Shown here piece by piece: positions 6,697 through 15,471 of a stretch of 41,761 nt of DNA. The DNA is from Verrucomicrobiales bacterium (GTDB lineage Bacteria > Verrucomicrobiota > Verrucomicrobiia > Verrucomicrobiales > V1-33): positions 1 through 41,761 of the forward strand of contig JANOAV010000018.1 of the NCBI GenBank assembly GCA_031411295.1. Direction: 5' to 3'. The notes beneath the pieces are model-generated. The model was not told where the DNA came from and searched no databases. It was given only the letters and a program-made list of their open reading frames with translations. A program made the translations under genes and the position numbers. Every line of letters begins with the position of its first letter. Within the stretch, counting starts at the first letter, position 1.

Positions 6697-8880
6697 CTAC
6701 CAATTTTTGAAGGGTCGATCCGGACGGGCATCTTCCATTTGCGGGCGGACTTCCACGGTGTCGCTGAAGCGGTCGAGGTTTTTCCGGGCCTCGACGCGAC
6801 TGAAGCCCGTGCGCTCGTTCTTTTTCATTTCGGCGGCCATCTGCTCGCTGGGTTTCTCACCTGGCTTATCGCCTGACGGCTTGTCGGACTTCTTGAATTC
6901 GCGATTACTTTCTTCCAGTGCAGCCTTGTCCTTGGCTTTCTGTTCCTCGGAGCGTTTGTCTTCCTTGCCTTGCTGGGCGGTCTTACCATCATCCTTTTTC
7001 TCATCGCCTGCGCCCTGGCCCTCTTTCTTCTCACCGGATTTGCCATCCTTGGAATCTTTGGGGTCACCAGATTTGCCGTCCTTGCCTTCGCCTTCTTTCT
7101 CGCCTTGGCCTTCCTTGTCACCGTCCTTTTTGCCGTCCTGCTCCTCACCTTTGTCCTTCTTATCTTCGCCCTCTTGCTCGCCTTCTTTTTTCTCGCCTTC
7201 TTCGCCTTTTTCTTTCTCTCCGTCCTTTTTGTCGGACTTCTTGCCCTCTTGCTTTTCGGCGGCTTCCTTTTGCTTTTCCAGTTCCTTGATGAACTCCTCG
7301 ATCTTACGTTTGTTGTCGATGGCTTCAGCGTGTTTGGGTTCCAGCGTAATGGTCTCCTGATACTGTGAAACGCTGTCTTTCAGTTTGGTGATGATTTCTC
7401 CGAGCAGCTTGGAATCAAATTTCTTCACGCCTTCGGTGGCCAGTTTGGCGCGCTGGAAAAGGGTGTTGGCCAGATTGAAATGAGCCTGGCTCAGGAGTGA
7501 GGCATCGCGTCCCAGGAGGGCTTTGCCGAATTTCTCGACGGCCGTGTCATACTCTCCTTTGGCATAGGCCACGGATCCTTCCCCCAAGCGTTTCCAGGCG
7601 AGATGGTCATTGCCGCCAGTCCACGTGGTGGTTAGTTCCTGCAGGCGTTGCTCGTAGGGCGCGGGATCATGCAGCTTCTCCTTCGGTGGTTCAGCCGCCC
7701 CGGGGCCTCCAGGTAACTTGGCCGCAGGGGATTGGCTGACGGTTAGCAACAGCAGGCAGACCACGGCAGTCGTGATGCCGCGCACGTCAGTGAGAGCGGT
7801 GCCGACGTCCTGGCGCGGACGTGAGCGTAGGATCCGCACGCCGATGGCGGCTAGCAGAAATAGCAGGCTGCCCACGAGGGGCCATTGATATCGTTCCACG
7901 GCTTTCTTAAGGGTTTTGTTTTTATTGCTGCCGGAGTCTAGTTTACTCAGGATAAGGTTCAAGCGATTATCCGAGAGCACTTCCGTCAGGGGTAAATACA
8001 GTCCGCGGGTGGCCCGGGCCACTTCTTCGAGCACTTCCTGCTGGAGCACGGACTTCACCAGCTTCCCTTGTTCATCCCGCACGTAATCCCGGCCTTTACT
8101 CTCCGGGCTGGGGATGATGCCGCCTTGTTTGGTGCCCACGCCTACCGTGATGATCGTGACGTTGGAGTCTGCCGCCAGCTTGGCGGCAGTGATGGCCTCG
8201 CCCTCCAGTTGCTCGCCATCGCTGAAGATGATGAGCGCCTGAGAGGTGGCTTGAGCTTTTTCGATGAGCAGGCGTTCCTCGTTGGAGAGGTCCGCTACGG
8301 TTTTGCCGACGGGCAGGTTCTTTCCTTTAAATGATTCAACCGCCAAGGTGATGGCTTCGGCCAGATTCGAACCTCCCCGCGGGATGATATCGGTATCGCA
8401 TTGGTCCAGCGTTTCCAAGAGCGCGTCATGGTCTTGGGTGATGGGGGCTTGCAGGAACGGCTTTCCGGCAAAGGCAATCAGCCCGATGCGATCCGTCTTT
8501 AGCTTGGCGATGAGATCGGTTATCACCAACTTGGTGCGCGTGAGTCGATCCGGCTCCAAATCATTGGCCAGCATGGATCGGCTGGTATCGAGGGCGAAAA
8601 GAATACTGCGCCCACTGGTGAGGACTTCTTCTTCCACGAAGCCCAGCTGGGGCCGCGCCATGGTGGTGATGAGCAGCGCCAAGGCGATCATTTCCATGGC
8701 CAGACCGGTCCAGCCGCGCCAGGCCGGTTGCGGGGTCACGAGCCGAGGCACCAACCGGGCCGCCACCGCTCGCTTGAGCAGGGTTTTGCTGCGTCGGTCG
8801 GAGGCCACCTTGAGCAAGACCAACAACGGCAGGACAAGCAGGAGCCAAAAGAAGCTGGGATGGGCGAAGGTAAGGTTCAT
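6697..8880 (-). CDS. BatB-like VWA domain + TPR protein with Lys/Glu/Gly-rich low-complexity tail (BatB/BatC fusion)
   Basis: N-terminal FAHP..W BatA-type motif, MIDAS DTSRS, SDGE, TPR (AHFNLANTLF), KE-rich linker, terminal W. Start set at ATG 8880, overlapping the batA stop. Confidence 0.85.
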   Translation of the reverse strand: MNLTFAHPSFFWLLLVLPLLVLLKVASDRRSKTLLKRAVAARLVPRLVTPQPAWRGWTGLAMEMIALALLITTMARPQLGFVEEEVLTSGRSILFALDTSRSMLANDLEPDRLTRTKLVITDLIAKLKTDRIGLIAFAGKPFLQAPITQDHDALLETLDQCDTDIIPRGGSNLAEAITLAVESFKGKNLPVGKTVADLSNEERLLIEKAQATSQALIIFSDGEQLEGEAITAAKLAADSNVTIITVGVGTKQGGIIPSPESKGRDYVRDEQGKLVKSVLQQEVLEEVARATRGLYLPLTEVLSDNRLNLILSKLDSGSNKNKTLKKAVERYQWPLVGSLLFLLAAIGVRILRSRPRQDVGTALTDVRGITTAVVCLLLLTVSQSPAAKLPGGPGAAEPPKEKLHDPAPYEQRLQELTTTWTGGNDHLAWKRLGEGSVAYAKGEYDTAVEKFGKALLGRDASLLSQAHFNLANTLFQRAKLATEGVKKFDSKLLGEIITKLKDSVSQYQETITLEPKHAEAIDNKRKIEEFIKELEKQKEAAEKQEGKKSDKKDGEKEKGEEGEKKEGEQEGEDKKDKGEEQDGKKDGDKEGQGEKEGEGKDGKSGDPKDSKDGKSGEKKEGQGAGDEKKDDGKTAQQGKEDKRSEEQKAKDKAALEESNREFKKSDKPSGDKPGEKPSEQMAAEMKKNERTGFSRVEARKNLDRFSDTVEVRPQMEDARPDRPFKNW

Positions 8881-9890
8881 GCGGGCAGGCGGCGGCCAAG
8901 GGTTTGCCAAAAGACGAGCGCCAGCAGCGCACTTATGAGCGCAGCCACGGCAGGATAGGGGAAAAGTTCGGTCACTTCACTGAGCCGACGCACCTTAAGT
9001 TTGGTCTTCTCCAACTGATCGATTTCTTTAAAGATTTGCTGCACGGCACTGGTGTCCTGACCTTTGTAAAATTTACCATTACTGATCTCCGCCACTTCTC
9101 TGAGGGTGCTATCGTCGAACTCCTGGCGCACGCCCGGCATGATCCCGCCGCGGTTGGCCAAGGGAATGTTATGCTTCCCCGGCGTGCCAATGGAAATGGT
9201 GTAAACGCGAATCCCCAACGTGCTCGCGAGCTTGGCTGCATCCTTGGGCGCGATGTTGCCGGAGTTGTTGGCCCCGTCTGTGACCAGTAAAATGAGCTTC
9301 GATTTCGCCTCCCGCTTATCCAATCGGCTGGCGGCGGTGGCGATGGCGGATCCGATGGCGGTGCCGTCCTCCACCAAATTGAAAGCCACCCGCTTCAGGC
9401 TCTCGTTGAACCACTTCTGGTCCATCGTCAGGGGCGAGGCCACGTAAGGCCGACCAGCGAACGCCACCAGGCCAATGCGGTCGGATTTGCGATCCGCTGC
9501 AAACTCCCGAATCACTTTCTTGGCCGCCGTGAGTCGGTTCACGCGTTCGTTCTCCAGCTTGTAATCCTCGATGGCCATGGACAGGGAGACGTCCAACGCA
9601 ATCATGATTTCCACCCCGCTATCCTCGACCCGTTCATCGGTGCGAATCTGCTGGGGACGCGCCAGCGCCACGATGCCACAGGCCAACGGAATCATCGTCA
9701 GGAGCAGGGAAATCGGCCCCAGCGAAGAACGCGGATCGTGCCCCAAACCGCTCAGGTGCGTCAGTGAACTGAATTTTACCGCCGGGGCCTGACTCGCTCC
9801 GCCCCGCAGCAGGGCCAGCAATGGCAGCAGGGCCAGCAGCCACAAAAAGTGTGGGTGGGCGAAGGAGAACTCTCGATAGAAATCGGACAT
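8877..9890 (-). CDS. batA: BatA VWA domain protein
   Basis: FAHPHFLW, ALARPQ, MIDAS DVSLS, GTAIGSAI and VTDGANN motifs. Confidence 0.9.
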   Translation of the reverse strand: MSDFYREFSFAHPHFLWLLALLPLLALLRGGASQAPAVKFSSLTHLSGLGHDPRSSLGPISLLLTMIPLACGIVALARPQQIRTDERVEDSGVEIMIALDVSLSMAIEDYKLENERVNRLTAAKKVIREFAADRKSDRIGLVAFAGRPYVASPLTMDQKWFNESLKRVAFNLVEDGTAIGSAIATAASRLDKREAKSKLILLVTDGANNSGNIAPKDAAKLASTLGIRVYTISIGTPGKHNIPLANRGGIMPGVRQEFDDSTLREVAEISNGKFYKGQDTSAVQQIFKEIDQLEKTKLKVRRLSEVTELFPYPAVAALISALLALVFWQTLGRRLPA

Positions 9891-9901
9891 CAGGGAAAAG
9901 G

Positions 9902-10438
9902 CTAGGAAAGTGGAGTAAGGGCCGATTGGGAGCGTCGGATCGTATCGATGGCTTCATCAATCAATGATTGCGGGGCGGAAGTGACGCCCCCGTAGTTCAG
10001 CGCATCGGTGGTCAGCAGGAAATCTTCAAACGCACGCACGGCCGGCAGGGCCGGGGGACGGTTGGGATCGCCCCGCTGGGCCAGGATTTCCTGCGAGGTG
10101 CGGTAGCGCGCCAAGATGCCGAATTGCCGGTGCAGGTAAGTGCGGATGACTTCCGTCACCCGGGCCGCCAGTTCTTTGGGGGGAAGCGTTGCCGCCTGCG
10201 GCCGCAGATCTTCCAGCAGCGTCATCGCCATCACGTGATTGGCCAGGGGTGGAGCTGGCGGATGCGGGATCTCTGGCTTGCGCAGAAAACGCGTCAGCGC
10301 CCAAGCCGCTAGCAGCACGATGGCCAGGAGCGTTGCCCAGAGCCAGAGCGGATAGGTTGACGGTTGCGTCAATAGCCAGTCGGTCAACTGCGGGGGCGTG
10401 AAGTTGGGAGCGTCGGCAATTTTAGGGAATTCGGGCAT
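9902..10438 (-). CDS. DUF4381-like membrane protein of bat operons
   Basis: Single TM helix followed by IRTYLHRQFG..TSQE; lies between DUF58 and batA. Confidence 0.75.
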   Translation of the reverse strand: MPEFPKIADAPNFTPPQLTDWLLTQPSTYPLWLWATLLAIVLLAAWALTRFLRKPEIPHPPAPPLANHVMAMTLLEDLRPQAATLPPKELAARVTEVIRTYLHRQFGILARYRTSQEILAQRGDPNRPPALPAVRAFEDFLLTTDALNYGGVTSAPQSLIDEAIDTIRRSQSALTPLS

Positions 10439-10451
10439 GAAATGAAAGTGG

Positions 10452-11333
10452 CTAGGCGCGGGCGGCTCGCTTTTTAAAGAACGCGTGGAGGGCGGGAGCG
10501 TAGTCGCGATTGGTCACCAGATCGATTTTATCAATCCCGGCGGACTTGAAGGTCGCATCCAGCTTCGCCTGCCACTGGGCGCGATTTCGCTGATACTGGT
10601 CCCTAACTTTGCTGGAGCTGGTATTTACTTCCTTCAGTTCGCCCGTTTCCGGATCTTCCAGGGTGATCCAGCCGACGTTTGGCAGCAGCAGTTCGTTGGG
10701 GTCATTCAGTTGCACCGCCACCACGTCATGGCGGATGGAACAAATGCTCAGAGCCCGTTCGAAGCCAGTGCAGTCGAAGTCGGAAATCAAGATGATCAGC
10801 GCGCGACGCGTGACGTGGTTGGTCAGCCGCTCCAAGGCCTTGGCGGGATTCGTGCCCTTCCCTTTGGGATCCACCGACAAGATTTCCCGAATCGTCCGCA
10901 GCACATGCAGCGAGCCTTTGGAGGGCGGCAGGAACAGCTCGACTTGATCGCTGAACAGCAGCAGCCCGATCTTGTCCTGCGCGGCATTGGCGCTGAAGGC
11001 AAAAACGCCGGCAATCTCGGCCGCCAGTTCGCGCTTGGATTTGTGCTCTCCACCGTAATTCTGACTCCCGCTGATATCGACCGCCAGGAAAACCGTCATT
11101 TCCCGCTCTTCGGTGAATTTCTTGATATACGGGAAGCCCATCCGAGCCGTGACGTTCCAGTCGATCGACCGCACTTCGTCCCCCGGCTGATACTCCCGGA
11201 AATCATCGAAATCGATCCCCTGGCCTTTGAACACCGACTGATATTCCCCGCCCACCGCCTCGCGCACAATACCCCGCGTAATCAGTTCGATCTTGCGAAC
11301 TTTACGGAGGATTTCGGAGAGTTGTTCTTGCAT
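10452..11333 (-). CDS. DUF58 domain protein (bat-operon type)
   Basis: SVFKGQGIDFDDFREYQPGDEVRSIDWNVTAR, EERE and DISGS. Start set at ATG 11333 (MQEQLSE). Confidence 0.92.
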   Translation of the reverse strand: MQEQLSEILRKVRKIELITRGIVREAVGGEYQSVFKGQGIDFDDFREYQPGDEVRSIDWNVTARMGFPYIKKFTEEREMTVFLAVDISGSQNYGGEHKSKRELAAEIAGVFAFSANAAQDKIGLLLFSDQVELFLPPSKGSLHVLRTIREILSVDPKGKGTNPAKALERLTNHVTRRALIILISDFDCTGFERALSICSIRHDVVAVQLNDPNELLLPNVGWITLEDPETGELKEVNTSSSKVRDQYQRNRAQWQAKLDATFKSAGIDKIDLVTNRDYAPALHAFFKKRAARA

Positions 11334-11466
11334 TGCAGGGAGGAAACGAAGGGTGGGGGAAAGAAAGCGCGAATCTGGCCTCTCTACGAGGCGATGCAAT
11401 CGCGCTTTTTTGTTCCACGGGTTTTTGTAAACCAGCGGGAACATCCCCGCACAAGCCAACCCGAAG

Positions 11467-11521
11467 GTGGGAGCAGTCCGCGGGACTGCTCCTATGGGGC
11501 CTTTCAAAGCCCCACGCCTTG
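11467..11521. repeat. REP-like family A copy followed by GGGGC-TTTCAAA-GCCCC palindrome
   Basis: gtgggagcagtccgcgggactgctcc then tggggcctttcaaagcccca; the second motif recurs at 30096. Confidence 0.7.
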
Positions 11522-11575
11522 AGGGGGCAAACATCCGTCGTTGAAAATCAAGGCGGGATCGACGCAGGGATCGAC

Positions 11576-11730
11576 GAAGCTGAAGGCTTCACAGAAATTA
11601 GCCCGGGGTTGAGCGAGTGACGAGCGATACCCCGGGTCATCTCAGCCAATGATCGCATCCTGAAGGGATGCCAGAACGGCCCCTGACAAACGGCCCCCCC
11701 CGCGGGCCAGCGGCTCTGGCATCCCCAGGC
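11576..11730. repeat. Multi-hairpin palindromic repeat (MITE/REP-like family B), second copy at 41691
   Basis: gaagctgaaggcttc-acagaaattagcccggggttgagcga..gcgataccccggg, plus the internal inverted pair gcatcctgaagggatgccaga / tctggcatccc. Confidence 0.75.
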
Positions 11731-11890
11731 TGCGTTGCTGTGAAGCTGTCCTTCGGTGTTCGCGAGTTCATCCACCACGGCCGAATTCGCTGAGCGAGAA
11801 TAACCGGGCCTGCTGAATAACTAACCGTTTTGAAGCGTAAAGCCGTTCAAAGCAATCTTTGAAGGTAAGGCGGCCGGTCCCACATCTGCA

Positions 11891-12097
11891 CTACTTGGTG
11901 CTGTGATATTCGGGATGACACAAACCACACCATACCGCGTCCTCAACGCTGACACCATTAGCAGTCAAACTGAATAAGCCACCAACCGAGGTGTAACCAG
12001 AAACAAATCTCTGACCCGAGATATGATCCTCACAAACAGCCCGACCACAAAACTTGCAAATCGCCCTCGCTTCCTTTTCGCATTGGATGCATTTCAT
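11891..12097 (-). CDS. Small Cys/His-rich putative zinc-finger protein (B-box/DUF2180-like), cassette gene
   Basis: CxxC..CxxC..CxxH..CxxC pattern in 68 aa. Confidence 0.65.
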   Translation of the reverse strand: MKCIQCEKEARAICKFCGRAVCEDHISGQRFVSGYTSVGGLFSLTANGVSVEDAVWCGLCHPEYHSTK

Positions 12098-12687
12098 AGA
12101 GTGTAATCGTTACAGGGGGGGATGTTAGTGTTTTGCTGCTAGCGGCATCCGCGCCAGGTTTGGAGCAGAGGGGCATGAGGAGTGGTGGATGGCATGGTAA
12201 TCCTAGTGGTAACGACAGGAAAGTCAACGCAATCGACGGGAGAAACACGAGTCGGAAGCTGGTGGATAAGGATGGAAACGGAATTAAATCGCAACTAAGG
12301 TCGTGCCATAGCCGCTCTGAGCGCGCTCCGTCTTCTGTAGTTCAAATCGAGCATGCCAACACCCCGCGCAAGAGGACTGTGCGGACCACCTTGGCGAAAA
12401 AAGCCTGCAAGTTATCCATAGCATGAACGTAATCCTAGATTGCTCGGAAAGTAAGGGATCCACAAATAAAATGAAACCGCGAACCATCTGGACTAGCATG
12501 ATGCGCTGGCTCCAGTAGTGCCGGCCCCGCGTGCTTCTTCATCAGCAAAACTCGTTTACGTCGCCTGAAATCAAGCTGCCAGCAAACCCGCATAATCCAA
12601 TCGACGCAGAAATGAAGGCTAGCCTGGTAATTAGGCAGGCGATGGCGTAAGCTGGCGACATTCCGTGCGAAAGATAGAGCGATGGCA

Positions 12688-12791
12688 GCCTAACTAGAGG
12701 GAGCCAGCGCAGAACGCGGGGTTGAGGTTGAATTTACGGTGAATCATCGGGAACAGAGGAGCTAGTGGGTGCCATCCGTGTCTGGTTCGCT
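12688..12791 (-). other. attC-like site (one arm partly deleted)
   Basis: Plus strand gcctaac(12688)..gttcgct(12791). Overlaps the 3' end of the GNAT gene. The central segment is homologous to the site at 14398. Confidence 0.65.
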
Positions 12792-13331
12792 TCTTTGTTG
12801 ATCAGATGCTAAGATACCATATGCGACAAGATCTTCATGCTTGTCCCATCGGTAAGTGTGCTCTCTAAAGACGCCTTCCAACGTCATGCCTATCTTCTCC
12901 ATGACTCTGCCGGAAGCTGGGTTGCGAGCCAAATGGTAGGCGGTGACTCTGTGGAGGCGCATTGTGGAAAAAGCAAAATCAACAAGGCACTTGGCTGCCT
13001 CTGTGCAGTATCCTTGGCCCCAGTATGGAACTCCAATCCAATAGCCTAAATCGGCCCTGCTAAACTGCTGTGAGACGGTAAGGCCTACGGTCCCAATCAA
13101 ATTGCCGCTAGCGCGTTCGATCACGGCAAAGGCTGCGAGATCCCCCGAACGATACTTAGGATCATGTGTCTTGATCCATTGTTCGGCTATCCCGTCCTCA
13201 TAGGGGTGAGGAACATTCAAGGTTGTATCAGCGATGGCTTTATCCCCAGCCAACCGCTGCACGTCTTTTGCATCAGCTACGCAAAATGGTCGCAATGTCA
13301 AACGCTTGGTAGTTAGTGTTGGCTGAGTCAT
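12762..13331 (-). CDS. GNAT family N-acetyltransferase (RimJ/RimL type), cassette gene
   Basis: LTTKRLTLRP, ADLGYWIG..WGQGYCTEAA and NPASGRVMEKIGM. Start ATG 13331; the longer ORF prefix is attC sequence. Confidence 0.9.
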   Translation of the reverse strand: MTQPTLTTKRLTLRPFCVADAKDVQRLAGDKAIADTTLNVPHPYEDGIAEQWIKTHDPKYRSGDLAAFAVIERASGNLIGTVGLTVSQQFSRADLGYWIGVPYWGQGYCTEAAKCLVDFAFSTMRLHRVTAYHLARNPASGRVMEKIGMTLEGVFREHTYRWDKHEDLVAYGILASDQQRSEPDTDGTH

Positions 13332-13336
13332 CTTAT

Positions 13337-13429
13337 AGCGAATGTTTCGGATCAGGCGACAGCGAGCGGGAGGCGTCGATGACACGACAGATGCCATACG
13401 AGCCCCTGCCTCCATCCGTTTTGTTAGCT
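13337..13429 (-). other. attC-like site
   Basis: Minus strand AGCTAAC-aaaa-CGGATgGAGGC..GCCTGATCCG-aaac-ATTCGCT. Arms are complementary with an extra base, and the core GTT is mutated to ATT. Confidence 0.75.
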
Positions 13430-13451
13430 CTTGGCGGTTCGGTGGGGCTTG

Positions 13452-13739
13452 TCATGATTTCGTTCGGAAGGAAGTCATTAACCCTTGTAGGGTCAAAGTA
13501 GAAAGGAGCGAAAGCCCGACTGCCATCCCGCAGTTCAGGAAGGCGTAGATCAGCGGATACTCTGTCAAGCCGCCTCTCCCATCACATTCGCAGTTGTCAA
13601 CGCGCCACGGCAAAGGCAGACCGTATGCTGTTGTCGTGCAATACTCGAAAAAGTCGTTTCTTGCATGCCGCAACTGGAACAGACACCCTGCTACGATGGC
13701 TAGCATCGAAAGGAAGAGAACTGTCGGGCGGCACTTCAT
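13452..13739 (-). CDS. Small membrane hypothetical protein, cassette gene
   Basis: 95 aa, two hydrophobic segments, bounded by attC-like sites on both sides. Confidence 0.6.
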   Translation of the reverse strand: MKCRPTVLFLSMLAIVAGCLFQLRHARNDFFEYCTTTAYGLPLPWRVDNCECDGRGGLTEYPLIYAFLNCGMAVGLSLLSTLTLQGLMTSFRTKS

Positions 13740-13759
13740 ATCAGGAGGGTGCGAGGGTG

Positions 13760-13930
13760 GGCGAACATTAGAGCTATGTGGCTAGCGGTAGCCGCGTTTT
13801 TGCTTCGGCTAGTGGAATGTGCTGGAGGTTGGGGGGCATGGTTGAAGTAGGCTACTGCATATGATAGAAGAGTCAACTATCTCGACAAGTTGGAAAGCTA
13901 GCCAGCAGGTTAGCTAGTCCGCTGTTCGCA
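13760..13930 (-). other. attC-like site (long, degenerate)
   Basis: Plus strand ggcgaac..agcta..tggctagc (13760-13786) pairs with gctagcca..tagct..gttcgca (13897-13930). Confidence 0.55.
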
Positions 13931-14046
13931 ACGAATAAATCTCGACCTGCTCAAGCGTGATCCAGATGTGGCATTCTCCTTCCTCGCTCACATACTGTCC
14001 CTTGGCGTTAAATTAGTCAAAGTCTGAGTGAAAATCAGGAAAATGG

Positions 14047-14379
14047 TCAAAGTATATCGTGCTCCGACAGTGCGTCACTCCAAAGCACTGCCGCGTTCTC
14101 TCGGAAGTATTTCCGTAAAAGCTCATCAACTAGAATGGAATCCAACTGATGGCATGTAACTGATTCGATGAGCAGTTGTGAATCGCGGGCACTCATTCGA
14201 GTCGTGAGCCCCTCCACTCTATAACAACCGAAGCCGTCAAAGGAGATGCTTCGCAAGGCCACGATGCCAAAGTAGTCCAAATCAAAATCGTCAAACACGC
14301 TTCCGCCCTGTAGGCATAAGCGAAGCTGTCCGGGACGACTGGCACTGATCTTGTCGCAACTGATGAGTAATCGCACCAT
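14047..14379 (-). CDS. Hypothetical protein, cassette gene
   Basis: 110-aa ORF starting at the ATG just after the attC core at 14398; contains ISFDGFGC and ends LWSDALSEHDIL. Confidence 0.6.
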   Translation of the reverse strand: MVRLLISCDKISASRPGQLRLCLQGGSVFDDFDLDYFGIVALRSISFDGFGCYRVEGLTTRMSARDSQLLIESVTCHQLDSILVDELLRKYFRENAAVLWSDALSEHDIL

Positions 14380-14397
14380 GAAGGGTTGCTGAGGTTG

Positions 14398-14535
14398 GGC
14401 TAACATTCAAGCGCTGGCAGCCTCCGGGCGGGGCTGCGCGTGGAACGCACGGTGAAGGTTGGAATTACGGTGAGTCATCGAAGAAAGTAGAGCGCCCGGA
14501 GGCTTGCTAGTCGCGCTCTTCGCCCTTGGTTGGTC
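14398..14535 (-). other. attC-like site
   Basis: Plus strand ggctaac..agcgctggcagcctccgggcg / cgcccggaggcttgctagtcgcgct..gttggtc. Contains a perfect 12-bp inverted repeat with bulged bases in one arm. Confidence 0.75.
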
Positions 14536-14545
14536 GTGGCTACTA

Positions 14546-15142
14546 CTAATCATTCGACTGGTTAAGTGCATCCTTCATGCATCCTATCTTTGGCGCATAG
14601 CCGTCGTCCACCCCATAATCACTGAACTTCTTGATGGCCCAGTGAAAGGGCGGAATCACTTGGCCTGTGACTGGATCGTATAAGCTGCTCTCCCAATAGG
14701 GCCACTCGGGCAGCCACTGCAATCTCGGCTCCCACAGCCTCATAACGTGGCCAAGAACGGCTCCAAACTGACACACAGTTACAAAGTATGGGTTCGCGAA
14801 GTCCTCTGGGTCTGCCTCCTCTATAAGTGCTGCAATGCGTTCTGCGTCGTAGTAGCTGTCGAAAGCCTGAAGCCAATCGGTATCGATCTCACCGGACACC
14901 GGAAGGAATGTCCGCCAATCAGTGGTGGTAGTCTGAAGCATCGTCGAAATCTGGTCCATCACTCCCTGCTGAGAAGCTTCGGAAAGTGGACTGAGGTCAG
15001 CCCCTGTGTATCCGGGACGAAATGCCGTCATCATGTCGGGCCTCGTATGAGAAAATCCCTTCCGCTGACGGTCATCGTCATCATACCAGCGATCGAAAAA
15101 CGTCGAGAATACTTCGTCGCAATCTGGAAGAGTCACGGGCAT
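14546..15142 (-). CDS. Acidic hypothetical protein, cassette gene
   Basis: 198-aa ORF with ATG 8 bp after a GTTCGCC core (15151-15157), ending just before the attC at 14535. Confidence 0.75.
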   Translation of the reverse strand: MPVTLPDCDEVFSTFFDRWYDDDDRQRKGFSHTRPDMMTAFRPGYTGADLSPLSEASQQGVMDQISTMLQTTTTDWRTFLPVSGEIDTDWLQAFDSYYDAERIAALIEEADPEDFANPYFVTVCQFGAVLGHVMRLWEPRLQWLPEWPYWESSLYDPVTGQVIPPFHWAIKKFSDYGVDDGYAPKIGCMKDALNQSND

Positions 15143-15471
15143 GGGACTTGGGCGAACATTCTACTTAGCGACGAAGCAGAGGAGTTGGCGGGGTTAAATT
15201 TGACTCTACTATCATTTGGATGCTTTCGCGTGATGTTGAGGCTTCCCGCTTAATTTCCAGAAAGCGGTTGATACTGCGGTGGCTAGCCATGGGTAATGGA
15301 AGTTACTTTTGTTACGCGGTTGGCGTGAGTCGCTGACGAGCGATCATGTGGCCATGGTGCGGAAACAGCAAGCTTTTTCGATGGTGGTTGAGAACTATTT
15401 GCTAGCTGGTGAAGGCGGATTTCCCATGACTTGTTGGGGCGTTTTCAACCATCACCAGGTTCTATTCCTCA

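Larger units (their letters stand above)
11780..15160 (-). mobile_element. Integron gene-cassette array without integrase in window (CALIN), decaying
   Basis: Five short minus-strand ORFs and gene remnants separated by attC-like RYYYAAC..GTTRRRY imperfect palindromes. Start codons lie 5-20 bp from core sites. The region is visibly more A+T-rich than its flanks. Confidence 0.75.

Noticed and set aside
6800..7290. Repeat-like pyrimidine-rich tract
   Set aside because: Explained by the Lys/Glu/Gly/Asp-rich linker of the BatB-like protein on the minus strand.
10485..11522. 345-aa plus-strand ORF (also 17757-18881, 8264-8938, 28599-29291, 31633-32424)
   Set aside because: Antisense shadows of well-supported genes in GC-rich DNA.
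13332..13415. N-terminal extension of the GNAT ORF
   Set aside because: It is translated attC sequence; family similarity begins at MTQPTL (13331).
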